A stretch of 64,000 nt of DNA from Acidimicrobiia bacterium (GCA_025928935.1 JAICNB010000002.1:7496-71495), one strand, 5' to 3'; shown: positions 1 to 8,525, counted from the stretch's first letter. Numbers and translations are program-made. Notes: generated by a model not told the origin, from the letters alone.

Positions 1-1050
1 CACTACGGCCACATCAAGATGATGGCCGCAGCCCAGCCATTCATCTCGGGGGCGATCAGCAAGACGATCAACATGCCCAACGAGATCACGGTGGAGGACA
101 TCGAAGAGTCCTACCGGATGTCGTGGGAGTGGGGTCTCAAGGCGATGGCCCTATACCGGGACGGGTCGAAGGCAGCCCAGCCACTCAACTCAACATCCGA
201 CGAGGGTGATGAGAGCGAGGACGAGGCGCCGGCGATCACCGCCGCGGTGGAGGCGGAGAAGGCGATCCACTGGGGCAACCTCCCCGCAGGGATCTCCCCG
301 ACCCAGGCCTATCACCAGGGGATGAAGCCACCGCGGTTTCTGCTTCCCGCCCGTCGCAACGGATACAACCAAGAGGCGAGGATCGGCGGGCACAAGGTGT
401 TCCTCCGCACCGGCGAGTACGAAGATGGGACCCTCGGCGAGATCTTCATCGACCTGGCCAAGGAGGGGGCGACCCTGAAGGGGATCCTCTCCTGCTTCGC
501 CATAGCCGTGTCCAAGGGTCTCCAATACGGGGTGCCCTTGGAGGAGTTCGTCGATACTTTCACCTTCCAGACCTTCGAGCCACGGGGCATGGTCGAAGGC
601 CATCCCAACATCAAGATGGCCAACTCCATCGTGGACTACGTGTTCCGGGCCCTCGGCGTGGAATACCTGGAGCGGGACGAACTGGCCCAGGTGCCCCCGG
701 ACCGGGACCTGCAGCTCCCCGAGCCGCCCTCGGGCATCGCCGTGGACGCCGGGATCCAGCTCGACCTGACCGATGCCGCCGCCGAGTCGGATGTGGACGC
801 CCTCAAGGCTGCCGCCGCCTTCGTGGACGCCCCGGCTGGACGTGGCACGACGGTCGCCGTTCAAGTCGAGGAGAAGGTCACCGTGGAAGAGAAGGTCACT
901 GTATTGGCGGGGTCGGCGGCCATGGTCGACTCGGCCCTGAAGGAGAACATGGGTGACGCACCGGTGTGCTCCAACTGCGGCCACATGACCATCCGCAACG
1001 GAAGTTGCTACGTCTGCCTCACCTGCGGAGACACCACCGGGTGTAGCTGA
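1..1050 (+). CDS. nrdJ: Class II (adenosylcobalamin-dependent) ribonucleotide reductase, C-terminal ~350 aa; 5' end lies outside the window
   Basis: The frame is open from base 1. The block [26 protein letters not shown]...[14 protein letters not shown] is one I recognise from NrdJ. The protein ends in a CxxC...CxxC zinc-ribbon tail (CSNCGH...CYVCLTCG). Stop at 1048-1050. Confidence 0.9.
   Translation, partial: HYGHIKMMAAAQPFISGAISKTINMPNEITVEDIEESYRMSWEWGLKAMALYRDGSKAAQPLNSTSDEGDESEDEAPAITAAVEAEKAIHWGNLPAGISPTQAYHQGMKPPRFLLPARRNGYNQEARIGGHKVFLRTGEYEDGTLGEIFIDLAKEGATLKGILSCFAIAVSKGLQYGVPLEEFVDTFTFQTFEPRGMVEGHPNIKMANSIVDYVFRALGVEYLERDELAQVPPDRDLQLPEPPSGIAVDAGIQLDLTDAAAESDVDALKAAAAFVDAPAGRGTTVAVQVEEKVTVEEKVTVLAGSAAMVDSALKENMGDAPVCSNCGHMTIRNGSCYVCLTCGDTTGCS
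868..903 (+). repeat. 18-nt tandem duplication inside the nrdJ C-terminal linker (EEKVTV x2)
   Basis: gaggagaaggtcaccgtg / gaagagaaggtcactgta read directly; in frame, with synonymous differences only. Confidence 0.8.
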
Positions 1051-1053
1051 TCC

Positions 1054-1087
1054 GTGTGATGTCGGTGGGTTGCCACCGATATCACAC
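1054..1087 (+). terminator. Strong stem-loop immediately after the nrdJ stop (15-bp stem including one G-U pair, GTTG loop), with no U-tract
   Basis: gtgtgatgtcggtgg (1054-1068) pairs with ccaccgatatcacac (1073-1087). It starts 4 nt after the stop codon. Confidence 0.55.
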
Positions 1088-1133
1088 AACGTCAAGGGGA
1101 ACCGCGAACGTACCCCACCCCGTCTCAACCCCA

Positions 1134-1976
1134 ATGATGAGAAAGGTCGTGACCCTCGCGACGGTTTTGGCTCTCGCGGCTTGCGGCGAGTCCATCGGAT
1201 CCGGGTCTACTCCTTCCACCAGCCTCGGGAACAAAGCCACCGCGAGGTCCTCGACCTCCGCCCCGCAAACCGGAGTGATCTCGGTAGGCGATCTGGGGGT
1301 GATCGTCCCGCCCGACAAGGCAGGCGAGTACCCACCTGACCTCATCGTGACGTGTGGTGGATCGGGCCCGTTCCCCCTGAGCGCTCTCGCCGGGATCGAA
1401 CCGCTGGACCAGGTGGATCCGGGCGGGGTGACCGAGGCGATAGAGCCGTTCCTCGATGGTGAGGAAGGTCAATATTGGCCCCAGGAGGGGTGGCATGTTC
1501 TACACCAAACGGACGAAGAGGTCTTGCTGGTGGTGAAGGTGGAAGGATCTCTGAGCTTCATGACCGTCTCAAATGACGGTTCAGGTTGGCGATGGGCTGG
1601 TTCGTCCGGAGGTGGGGACCACTGCTCGCTCGAGTTCGTCTACCCCGAATCGATCAACGCGGTCAGATGGATCCCGGACCCCGCGAGCCCGCCGCTGACC
1701 GAGGAGTCCAGCGAGATCCCTGTGGTACTGAACGAGGTGCCCTGCGTCGACGGTCGGGAGATTGGCGACCGTCTTCTGCCTCCCGAGATAGTCATGACCC
1801 AGAGCCAGGTCTTCATGGCATTTGCCGCCGAGATGCCACCCTGGACCGCGTTCAGCTGCCCCGGCAATCCCGACACTCCCTATCTGGCAGAGCTACCCGC
1901 TCCCTTAGGCGACCGAATCTTGATGCCCGGAGTAGAGCTGGGGATCGATTTGGCCGAGTATGTCCAGGGCACATGA
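1134..1976 (+). CDS. Hypothetical secreted lipoprotein
   Basis: ATG at 1134 gives MMRKVVTLATVLALAAC-G, a signal peptide plus lipobox. The upstream part of ORF 1056.. overlaps the terminator hairpin. I recognise no family. Confidence 0.7.
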   Translation: MMRKVVTLATVLALAACGESIGSGSTPSTSLGNKATARSSTSAPQTGVISVGDLGVIVPPDKAGEYPPDLIVTCGGSGPFPLSALAGIEPLDQVDPGGVTEAIEPFLDGEEGQYWPQEGWHVLHQTDEEVLLVVKVEGSLSFMTVSNDGSGWRWAGSSGGGDHCSLEFVYPESINAVRWIPDPASPPLTEESSEIPVVLNEVPCVDGREIGDRLLPPEIVMTQSQVFMAFAAEMPPWTAFSCPGNPDTPYLAELPAPLGDRILMPGVELGIDLAEYVQGT

Positions 1977-1997
1977 AACGTGTGGGCCTCAAAGAGC

Positions 1998-2565
1998 TCA
2001 TAGCGTCAACATGCCCAGATGGATCCGGGTGTGGTGATAGCGACAGAGGAGGACCAGATTGTCGATGACGGTCTCGCCGCCCTCAGACCAGGGAACACGG
2101 TGATGAACGTCGACAAGGACGTTGAGGTGGGCCGCTCGCCACCGACGATCGGAGACTCGGATCCTTCGAGGAAGCTGCGGGCCAGGTCGCCGAGGGAGTC
2201 GGCCCGACGTTGACTGGCCGTCGGGGCGTGCGCTCCGCGGCACGGAACATCATCTCGGCTTGATCGGATGAGATTTGACGATGCTTCCAAGCCGAGAAAG
2301 TCGCCCTGGCCGTCAACGCAGCCCTCGCATTCCCGACGTACCGACGGGCGCGACTCCCCGACATGCGGAACCGGTGCATCAGATAGGCCACCTTCGACGG
2401 ATAACCCATCACGTCGTGATCGTCTGACTCATCAGACACGGCGACGGTCGCTGTCCACTCCACGTCGAGTGCATGACGGACGGCTTCGAGCAACATCAGA
2501 TGGTCGTCGCGCTCGTCTACAGACGCAGAGGCCGGGTCGTCCAGTCTGGAAATGAATATCGGCAT
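1998..2565 (-). pseudogene. Decayed DUF222 / HNH endonuclease gene (REP13E12-like family); at least 2 frameshifts plus an internal deletion
   Basis: The homology is split over three minus-strand frames. The DUF222-like N-part (LLEAVRHALDVEWTATV...GYPSKVAYLMHRFRMSGSRARRYVGNARAL) is in ORF 2083..2745. QRRADSLGDLAR...GGERP is in ORF 2006..2290. The HNH tail HHRVPWSEGGETVIDNLVLLCRYHHTRIH is in ORF 1998..2243. The total length is about half that of intact family members. Confidence 0.7.
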
Positions 2566-2796
2566 CAAACCCTGTGAGGTGACTCCCGTTCCCATACCGA
2601 CCAACGTACAACCTGGGCCCGAGAGATTTCTTCGGCGAGAGGACCAGCCAGTCCGCTCGTCGGGCACCTCGACTGAATGCTTCGCCCCTGCTCGATACCC
2701 GGCGAGATACACACCGAGACCTCGTCTCCCGTGACGCATCATCACCGCGTGATTCCACCGGAAGAACGGTCGGGCGATGAGCGCAAGCCGACGCAG

Positions 2797-3735
2797 TCAG
2801 AGCCCCTCCCGGAACCCCACCCTCCAGGTCGGGTACGCCGGCCTCCAGCCGAGCTCGCGCTTCGCCTTGGCGTTGGAGGAGCCGCGGATCTTGGTCATCA
2901 TCGAAACCAGGGGCTCGCCGACGAACATCCGGGCCAGCCAGACCGGGACCCTTCGCGGTGGCTTGGCGCCCAGGACATCGGCCAGATAGGGCAGCCACTC
3001 GGATACCTGCGCCGGCTCATCATCGACCACGTTGTAGATGCCGGGTGCCCCCCGATCGACGGCCAGCGCAGTCGCCATGGCGGCGTCATCGATATGGACG
3101 AACGACCAAATGCCGGTCCCCCGGCCCACTATCGGGACCTGACGCGCAGACACCCCGTCGAACATCGCCCCGCCCTTGCCCAGGGCCTGCCCGGGCCCGT
3201 AGAAACCGCCGTAGCGAAGTGCCAGACCTTCGATCCCGGACGTGCCGGTGGTCACCGCCTCGAGATAGAGAATCGCGTCAAGGGTCTCCTTCACCTCGGG
3301 CGGAGGCGTCGTGTTCAGCGGATCCTCCTCGGTCTTGATCGGCCCACCACGTTGCTCGTTGGGCCAGCCGGCAAAGCTCTGCGCGATGAAGCGCCCCGCT
3401 CCGGCCTCGAGGGCCGCCTGCAGCAGATGATCGGTGGTCTCGGTCCTGAGCCGGTTGGTATCGGCGAAGCTGTCGGCGAAGTGCCTCATGTCGAGGTTGC
3501 CGCTCAACGAGGTCATCTGGTGAACCACCACCTCTGGCCTCGCTTGAAGCACCGCCCGTCTCACCGCCTCCCCATCCCTTCCGTCGAGGATGACGGGAGT
3601 AGCCCCGGCCAATCGCAGACCGTCGACCTTCGTCGCAGTACGGGTGGTGCCGACGACCTCGTGACCCACATCGATCAGCAGCGGCACCAGACGTTGCCCG
3701 ATGGCTCCGGTGGCACCAGCGAGAAAGACTCTCAT
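2797..3735 (-). CDS. NAD-dependent epimerase/dehydratase (SDR superfamily), the COE-type partner of the ECF41 sigma factor
   Basis: MRVFLAGATGAIGQRLVPLL Rossmann motif at the ATG at 3735, preceded by AAGGAG. It is divergent from the ECF41 sigma gene. Confidence 0.85.
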   Translation of the reverse strand: MRVFLAGATGAIGQRLVPLLIDVGHEVVGTTRTATKVDGLRLAGATPVILDGRDGEAVRRAVLQARPEVVVHQMTSLSGNLDMRHFADSFADTNRLRTETTDHLLQAALEAGAGRFIAQSFAGWPNEQRGGPIKTEEDPLNTTPPPEVKETLDAILYLEAVTTGTSGIEGLALRYGGFYGPGQALGKGGAMFDGVSARQVPIVGRGTGIWSFVHIDDAAMATALAVDRGAPGIYNVVDDEPAQVSEWLPYLADVLGAKPPRRVPVWLARMFVGEPLVSMMTKIRGSSNAKAKRELGWRPAYPTWRVGFREGL

Positions 3736-3766
3736 GGCGTTCTCCTTTCGTCTTTCCGCTACCCAA

Positions 3767-3793
3767 GACGAGATGCCACCCACCCCCGTGACA
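3767..3793 (-). promoter_or_regulatory. ECF41-type promoter facing the epimerase gene: TGTCACG-N16-CGTC
   Basis: On the minus strand, TGTCACG is at 3793-3787, followed by a 16-nt spacer and CGTC at 3770-3767. This lies about 31 nt upstream of the ATG at 3735. Confidence 0.7.
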
Positions 3794-3805
3794 ACGCCCG
3801 ATCGG

Positions 3806-3832
3806 TGTCACAATGGACGCTCCCGACTCGTC
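3806..3832 (+). promoter_or_regulatory. ECF41-type promoter facing the sigma factor gene: TGTCACA-N16-CGTC
   Basis: TGTCACA is at 3806-3812, followed by a 16-nt spacer and CGTC at 3829-3832. The ATG at 3843 is 10 nt downstream, which implies a leaderless or near-leaderless mRNA. Confidence 0.7.
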
Positions 3833-3842
3833 TCAGGGGGTC

Positions 3843-4745
3843 ATGACCGCCTTTCCCGTCCCCGCACCCGACGAAACCAACGCCACCCTCCGGCCCCTGC
3901 TTTTCTCGATCGCCTATCGCATGACGGGAAGCGTCACCGAAGCCGAGGACCTGGTCCAGGACACCTATCTCCGAATGCAGGACGCGGAGAATCGTGGGAC
4001 CGAGATCGAGTCACGACGGGCCTACGCCTGCGCGGTGGTCACCCGTCTCGCCATCGACCACCTCCGGTCTGCCCGGGTTCGCAGGGAGGAGTACGTCGGT
4101 GAGTGGCTGCCCGAACCGATCGTTAGTGATCGCTCGGCAAACCCCGAGCAACAGGCCGAGCTCTCCGACAGCCTCTCCATGGCCTTTCTCGTCCTCCTCG
4201 AGAGGCTCACCCCCCCGGAACGGGCGGTGCTCCTCCTTCGTGACGTCTTCGGCTACGGGTACGACGAGGTTGCCGAGCTGATCGGCAAGAGCGAGCCCTC
4301 CTGCCGTCAACTGGCGGTTCGGGCCAGGGAAAAGGTCCAGGAAGGCAAGCCCCGATTCGAGACATCGGTTGAGAAGCGGTGGGCGCTGGCCGAGCGGTTC
4401 TTTGCCGCAGTAGAGGAAGGCGACACCGACGGCCTGGCCGAGATGTTGGCCGAAGACGTTGTCCTCTATGGCGATGGTGGGGGCAAGGCGCCGGCGAGAA
4501 GGGATCCCCTCCGGGGCGCAGTCGAGACGGCCCGCTTCCTCGCTGCCTTCAGCCCGCGTGCCGACCGAGAAGGCTGGACCCTGACCCTGGTCGACGTCAA
4601 CGGGCAGCCGGGGGCGCTCGTGCACGATGGGAAGGGTCTGACCGTGACGGTGATCTCCCTGGACATCGCAATGGGGAGGGTCCAGGCGGTCAGGGCCGTG
4701 GTGAACCCCGACAAGCTCGGACATCTGACCGCTATGGACGCATAG
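3843..4745 (+). CDS. ECF sigma factor, group ECF41 (SigJ-like), with fused SnoaL-like C-terminal regulatory domain
   Basis: Sigma-70 regions 2 and 4 are present (LLFSIAYRMTGSVTEAEDLVQDTYLR; ERAVLLLRDVFGYGYDEVAELIG). The three ECF41 signature motifs WLPEP, DGGGK and NPDKL are all present. The start is set at 3843 because the ATG at 3813 lies inside the promoter. Confidence 0.9.
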   Translation: MTAFPVPAPDETNATLRPLLFSIAYRMTGSVTEAEDLVQDTYLRMQDAENRGTEIESRRAYACAVVTRLAIDHLRSARVRREEYVGEWLPEPIVSDRSANPEQQAELSDSLSMAFLVLLERLTPPERAVLLLRDVFGYGYDEVAELIGKSEPSCRQLAVRAREKVQEGKPRFETSVEKRWALAERFFAAVEEGDTDGLAEMLAEDVVLYGDGGGKAPARRDPLRGAVETARFLAAFSPRADREGWTLTLVDVNGQPGALVHDGKGLTVTVISLDIAMGRVQAVRAVVNPDKLGHLTAMDA

Positions 4746-4762
4746 ACCATTAGGTTCGCGGG

Positions 4763-5182
4763 ATGGACATAGTCGATCGACATTTCGCCGCCGAGAACGC
4801 CCATGACGTAGGGGCGACACTGGACACCTATACCGACGACATCGTCTGGGACGACGTCACCCATCCCCTCAGCCCCGTGCGTGGCAAGGAGGCCGTCGGG
4901 GCGGTCTACACCGACATCCTCGCCGCCATCCCGGACGTGCATTTCGATTCCACACTTCGCTTCACCTCCGCCGACGGGGAATGGGTACTCGACATCTCCA
5001 ACGTCACGGGACATGTCGAGGGACAATGGGCCGGCGTCGCTGGTGGTGGCGCACCGGTGGAGATCCGACTCCTCCACCTTTTCCGAGTTCGCGATGGGCT
5101 CATCGCGTACGAGAACGCCTGGTTCGACTCGGCCGGCGTGCTCCGCCAGGTCGAGGCATACAAGGCCGGAGAGCCTTCGTAG
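4763..5182 (+). CDS. SnoaL-like / NTF2-fold protein (ester cyclase-like)
   Basis: 139 aa, HFAAENAHDVGATLDTYTDDIVWDD...IAYENAWFD, typical of the SnoaL polyketide cyclase-like family. Confidence 0.8.
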   Translation: MDIVDRHFAAENAHDVGATLDTYTDDIVWDDVTHPLSPVRGKEAVGAVYTDILAAIPDVHFDSTLRFTSADGEWVLDISNVTGHVEGQWAGVAGGGAPVEIRLLHLFRVRDGLIAYENAWFDSAGVLRQVEAYKAGEPS

Positions 5183-5192
5183 ACTCGATGCT

Positions 5193-6458
5193 GTGAGGGA
5201 ACGGCTCGCCAGAGCCCGTCTGGCCCTGTTTCTGCCTGTCGCCTTGTTGGTCTTCGCCTGCACCGGGTCGGAGCCGCCCGAGCGAGTGTCCCTACCCGAG
5301 GCCGCGGAGATCCCGACGGCCACGACCGGTGTCACAGGAGGCCTTCCCGGACGTCTCCTCGTGTTGGACGAGTACGAGGGGATCGTGACGGTTCGGCCCG
5401 ACGGTGGCGACCGGGTGACCCTGGCCGAGCCCGATCCCGACATCGAGCGCGCCCAGCCGACCTGGTCCCCTGATGGCAGCCGGGTGGCGTGGACCGAGCG
5501 CCGCGACAACCAGGAAACCTTCTTGATGGTGTCAGCAGCCGACGGGGCGGACATCGTGGAACGACCCTCTCCCGTCCAGGCGGTGTACATCGCATGGGGC
5601 CCGGATTCGGAGCACATCGCCATCACCGGCAACGCCGAGGACGGAAACCTCCTCCTAGTTGTGGCCGACCCCGAGGGGGATCTGACGGTGATCGAGGAAG
5701 GTGCCCCCCTCTACTTCGATTGGGCTCCCGAAGGATCCGAGGTGCTGGCCCGGGTCGGAGATAGGTTCGGATACATCGCCGTCGACGGTTCGGGGCGAAC
5801 GCCGGTGCCTGTCAGCGGTGAGTTCAGGCTCGGTGCCCACCTGGGTGAGTCGGTCGTGCTTGGGACCGGTCGGGACATCGGCGAGGCTTTGGCCACGGCC
5901 AATCGCAAGGGTGAGGTCGAGCGAGAGCTGCTTCGGTATGCCGCCCCGATGGCGTTCGTCGTCGACGACATCCGTGGACGACTGGCCGTGATGATGCGTG
6001 GTTCGCCGGAAAGCCAGCAGCTGTCGCAGGTGGAGGAATCGGATTTGCCCATCATCGAGCCGGATCAGCTCGTGGTGGTGGATGCAACCGACGGAGACGT
6101 GGTCGAGGTCAGCCGCGCACGCAATATCGCGTGGTTCTGGAGCCCTGGCGGGGACCGGCTCCTCTACACCACTGTCGAGTTCCTCGATGGTGTCGAACGT
6201 CTCCGACTGCACACCTGGGACGGTGAGCGAACGACTTCACATCAGGCGTTCTCGCCAACGGGCGTGTTCGGGCGGGAGTACCTCGCCTACTTCGACCAGT
6301 TCGCTCTGAGCTTCTCCCTGTGGGCACCGGACAGCAGTGCCTTCGCCTATGCCGGCGGGAGCAGCCTCGAGGACGCAGGAATCTGGGTCCAGCCCCTCGA
6401 TGGCGATGAGCCGTCACGGGTCTCGTCGGGCCAGATGGCGGTGTGGTCCCCGGTCTGA
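5193..6458 (+). CDS. PD40/TolB-like beta-propeller lipoprotein
   Basis: GTG at 5193 gives VRERLARARLALFLPVALLVFAC-TG (lipobox). It contains PD40-type repeats (PTWSPDGSRVAW, WGPDSEHIA, WAPEGSEV, WSPGGDRLLY, WAPDSSAFAY). The upstream part of ORF 4881.. overlaps the SnoaL gene out of frame. Confidence 0.7.
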   Translation: MRERLARARLALFLPVALLVFACTGSEPPERVSLPEAAEIPTATTGVTGGLPGRLLVLDEYEGIVTVRPDGGDRVTLAEPDPDIERAQPTWSPDGSRVAWTERRDNQETFLMVSAADGADIVERPSPVQAVYIAWGPDSEHIAITGNAEDGNLLLVVADPEGDLTVIEEGAPLYFDWAPEGSEVLARVGDRFGYIAVDGSGRTPVPVSGEFRLGAHLGESVVLGTGRDIGEALATANRKGEVERELLRYAAPMAFVVDDIRGRLAVMMRGSPESQQLSQVEESDLPIIEPDQLVVVDATDGDVVEVSRARNIAWFWSPGGDRLLYTTVEFLDGVERLRLHTWDGERTTSHQAFSPTGVFGREYLAYFDQFALSFSLWAPDSSAFAYAGGSSLEDAGIWVQPLDGDEPSRVSSGQMAVWSPV

Positions 6459-6488
6459 GACCCGGGCTGGGCCGCTGCCTAAGATCGG

Positions 6489-6878
6489 GTGATGGCCCGT
6501 CTCGACGCCATCGGCGTCATCGTCTCCGACATGGCCCGAGCCATCGACTTCTACCAACGCCTCGGTCTCGACTTCGGCGCTGGAGCCGACGAGGTCCACG
6601 CCGAGGCGACCACTCCGGGCGGGCTGAGGGTGATGCTCGACACCGAGGCCAGTGTCATGTCGTTCTCGGACTGGCAGCCACCCATCGGGGGCGGATACCG
6701 CAGCGCTCTCGCCTTTCTCTGCGAAGACGCCAGCGACGTCGATCGACTCTACGAGGAGTTGCTGGCAGCAGGTGGCCACGGGCACCTCGCCCCGTTCGAC
6801 GCACCTTGGGGTCAGCACTACGCCACGGTGCTCGATCACGACGGCAACGCGGTCGACCTGTTCGCCCCGCTCCGATGA
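6489..6878 (+). CDS. VOC (glyoxalase / bleomycin-resistance) family protein
   Basis: LDAIGVIVSDMARAIDFYQRLGL...ATVLDHDGNAVDLF, the typical VOC N- and C-terminal strands. Confidence 0.85.
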   Translation: MMARLDAIGVIVSDMARAIDFYQRLGLDFGAGADEVHAEATTPGGLRVMLDTEASVMSFSDWQPPIGGGYRSALAFLCEDASDVDRLYEELLAAGGHGHLAPFDAPWGQHYATVLDHDGNAVDLFAPLR

Positions 6879-7018
6879 TCGAGTCCGCCTTCCCGATCCT
6901 CACCCCAACCGACCTGCCCAGATCGGAGCTGAGTGCCGACGAGCCGTGGAGAGAGCGAACAGCCCGGGTGACCGACCCCGATGGCAACGTCGCGATCGTC
7001 GGGGCCAGGAGCCACTGA
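6875..7018 (+). pseudogene. 47-codon collapsed VOC-like mini-ORF, likely an internally deleted second glyoxalase gene
   Basis: It overlaps the upstream stop as ATGA. MIESAFPILTPTDLPRS (VOC strand 1) joins almost directly to WRERTARVTDPDGNVAIVG (VOC last strand). Confidence 0.4.
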
Positions 7019-7019
7019 A

Positions 7020-8501
7020 GTGGAGTTGATCGACCGGGCTGCGGGCTTCGGCGAGCGCATCGCCGTCGCGGACCGCTCCGGGACCTTCTCCTATGCCCAG
7101 CTCCTGACAGGCTCGGCTCGCGCTGCGGCCCGTCTTCTGGCCGGCGGCGTTGACCTCGAGGGCGAGCGGATCGCGTTCATGGTCGAGCCGTCCTTCGACT
7201 ACGTCCGTATCCAGTGGGGGATCTGGCGGGCCGGCGGTGTGGCGGTGCCGCTCTGTCTGACCCATCCCGCCCCGGAGCTCGAGTACGTGCTCGACACGGT
7301 CCGGCCCACCATCGCCATCAGCTCGGACCGATATGCGGACCTGCTCAGACCTCTGGCCGAGTCCCGTGATATCGAACTTCTCACCGTCGACGAGGTCGAC
7401 GCCGACCCTGTGGGGCTCCCCATGGTCGACCCTCTACGCCCGGCCATGATCTTGTTCACCAGCGGAACCACGGGCCGGCCCAAAGGAGTGGTGACCACTC
7501 ACGCCAACATCGAGGCTCAGGTCGAGTCGCTGGTGGAGGCATGGGAATGGGCGGAGAACGATCGGATCTTGCTCACCCTCCCCCTCCATCACATCCACGG
7601 AATCGTCAACGTGATCTGCTGTGCCCTATGGAGTGGAGCCCGCTGTGACGTGCTCCCTGCCTTCGACGCCGCCGAGGTGATAGATCGGCTCTCCAACGGC
7701 GACCTGACCCTCTACATGGCGGTGCCTACCATCTACCACCGTCTCATCGCCTACCTCGAGGGCGCCACCGACGAGGAGGTGGCCCGTTTCAGAGACGCGG
7801 TCGGCGCCCTGCGTCTCATGGTCTCAGGCTCGGCCGCCCTCCCCGTGCCGGTTCTGAAGCGATGGAGAGAGCTGTCCGGTCACACCTTGCTGGAGAGGTA
7901 CGGAATGACCGAAATAGGGATGGGTCTGTCCAACTCCTATCGAGGGGATCGGGTGCCCGGCTCGGTGGGATTGCCCCTGCCCGCGGTCGAGGTGCGGCTG
8001 ATCGGGGACGACAACGAGTCGGTCAGCGACGGTGCGCCTGGTGAGATCCAGGTCCGGGGACCTGCAGTCTTTCTCGAATACTGGGAACGGCCCGAGGAGA
8101 CGGCCTCCGCCTTCACCGACGACGGATGGTTCCGAACGGGCGACACCGGTGTCGTCGACGAGGGCCGTTACCGGATCCTGGGGAGAACAACTATCGACAT
8201 CCTGAAGACCGGTGGAGAGAAGGTGTCCGCCCTCGAGATCGAGGAGATGCTCCTGAGCCACGAGGCCGTGAGCGAGGCTGCCGTGGTCGGCATCGACGAC
8301 CCGGAGTGGGGTCAGCGAGTCGTAGCGGTGGTCGTGCCGAATGGGGAGGTCACCGCCGACGAGCTCAGGTCCTGGCTCAAGGCCCGTCTCGCCCCGCACA
8401 AGGTGCCAAAGGAGATACACCTCGCCGATTCATTGCCCCGAAACGCGATGGGCAAGACCCTCAAACCCGAGGTAGTTGAGATGGTCCTCGGGTCACGCTG
8501 A
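7020..8501 (+). CDS. AMP-forming acyl-CoA synthetase (malonyl-CoA synthetase-like)
   Basis: LFTSGTTGRPKGV AMP-binding motif, plus YGMTE, GWFRTGD and the C-terminal PRNAMGKTLK. GTG at 7020 avoids overlap with the mini-ORF; ATG at 6981 is the alternative start. Confidence 0.85.
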   Translation: MELIDRAAGFGERIAVADRSGTFSYAQLLTGSARAAARLLAGGVDLEGERIAFMVEPSFDYVRIQWGIWRAGGVAVPLCLTHPAPELEYVLDTVRPTIAISSDRYADLLRPLAESRDIELLTVDEVDADPVGLPMVDPLRPAMILFTSGTTGRPKGVVTTHANIEAQVESLVEAWEWAENDRILLTLPLHHIHGIVNVICCALWSGARCDVLPAFDAAEVIDRLSNGDLTLYMAVPTIYHRLIAYLEGATDEEVARFRDAVGALRLMVSGSAALPVPVLKRWRELSGHTLLERYGMTEIGMGLSNSYRGDRVPGSVGLPLPAVEVRLIGDDNESVSDGAPGEIQVRGPAVFLEYWERPEETASAFTDDGWFRTGDTGVVDEGRYRILGRTTIDILKTGGEKVSALEIEEMLLSHEAVSEAAVVGIDDPEWGQRVVAVVVPNGEVTADELRSWLKARLAPHKVPKEIHLADSLPRNAMGKTLKPEVVEMVLGSR

Positions 8502-8525
8502 CTGACACATCCAGCCGGCCCGCCG

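Noticed and set aside
1977-2796. Prophage or integrative element around the HNH remnant.
   Set aside because: No integrase, tRNA target, direct repeats or other phage or mobile genes lie nearby. The remnant is flanked directly by ordinary chromosomal genes.
3813-3842. ATG at 3813 as the start of the sigma factor (ORF-track start).
   Set aside because: It lies inside the spacer of the TGTCACA-N16-CGTC promoter, so it would not be transcribed from that promoter. ATG at 3843 gives a normal ECF N-terminus.
2677-3846. 389-aa plus-strand ORF, along with many other long ORFs antisense to recognised genes: 190..1134, 4466..5632, 9311..10531, 10671..11828, 22260..23525, 27308..28297, 34736..35836, 40588..41583, 44337..45701, 45067..46023, 47344..48297, 49426..50409, 51163..52137, 60383..61432, 61545..62501.
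   Set aside because: Their translations are Arg/Pro/Gly-rich low-complexity strings with no recognisable motifs. Each fully overlaps a gene with clear family signatures on the other strand or in another frame. This is the usual open-frame artefact of high-G+C DNA.
4881-5192. N-terminal extension of the PD40/TolB-like ORF (the track gives 525 aa).
   Set aside because: The extension overlaps the SnoaL-like gene out of frame and has no protein-like features. GTG at 5193 yields a clean lipoprotein signal peptide.
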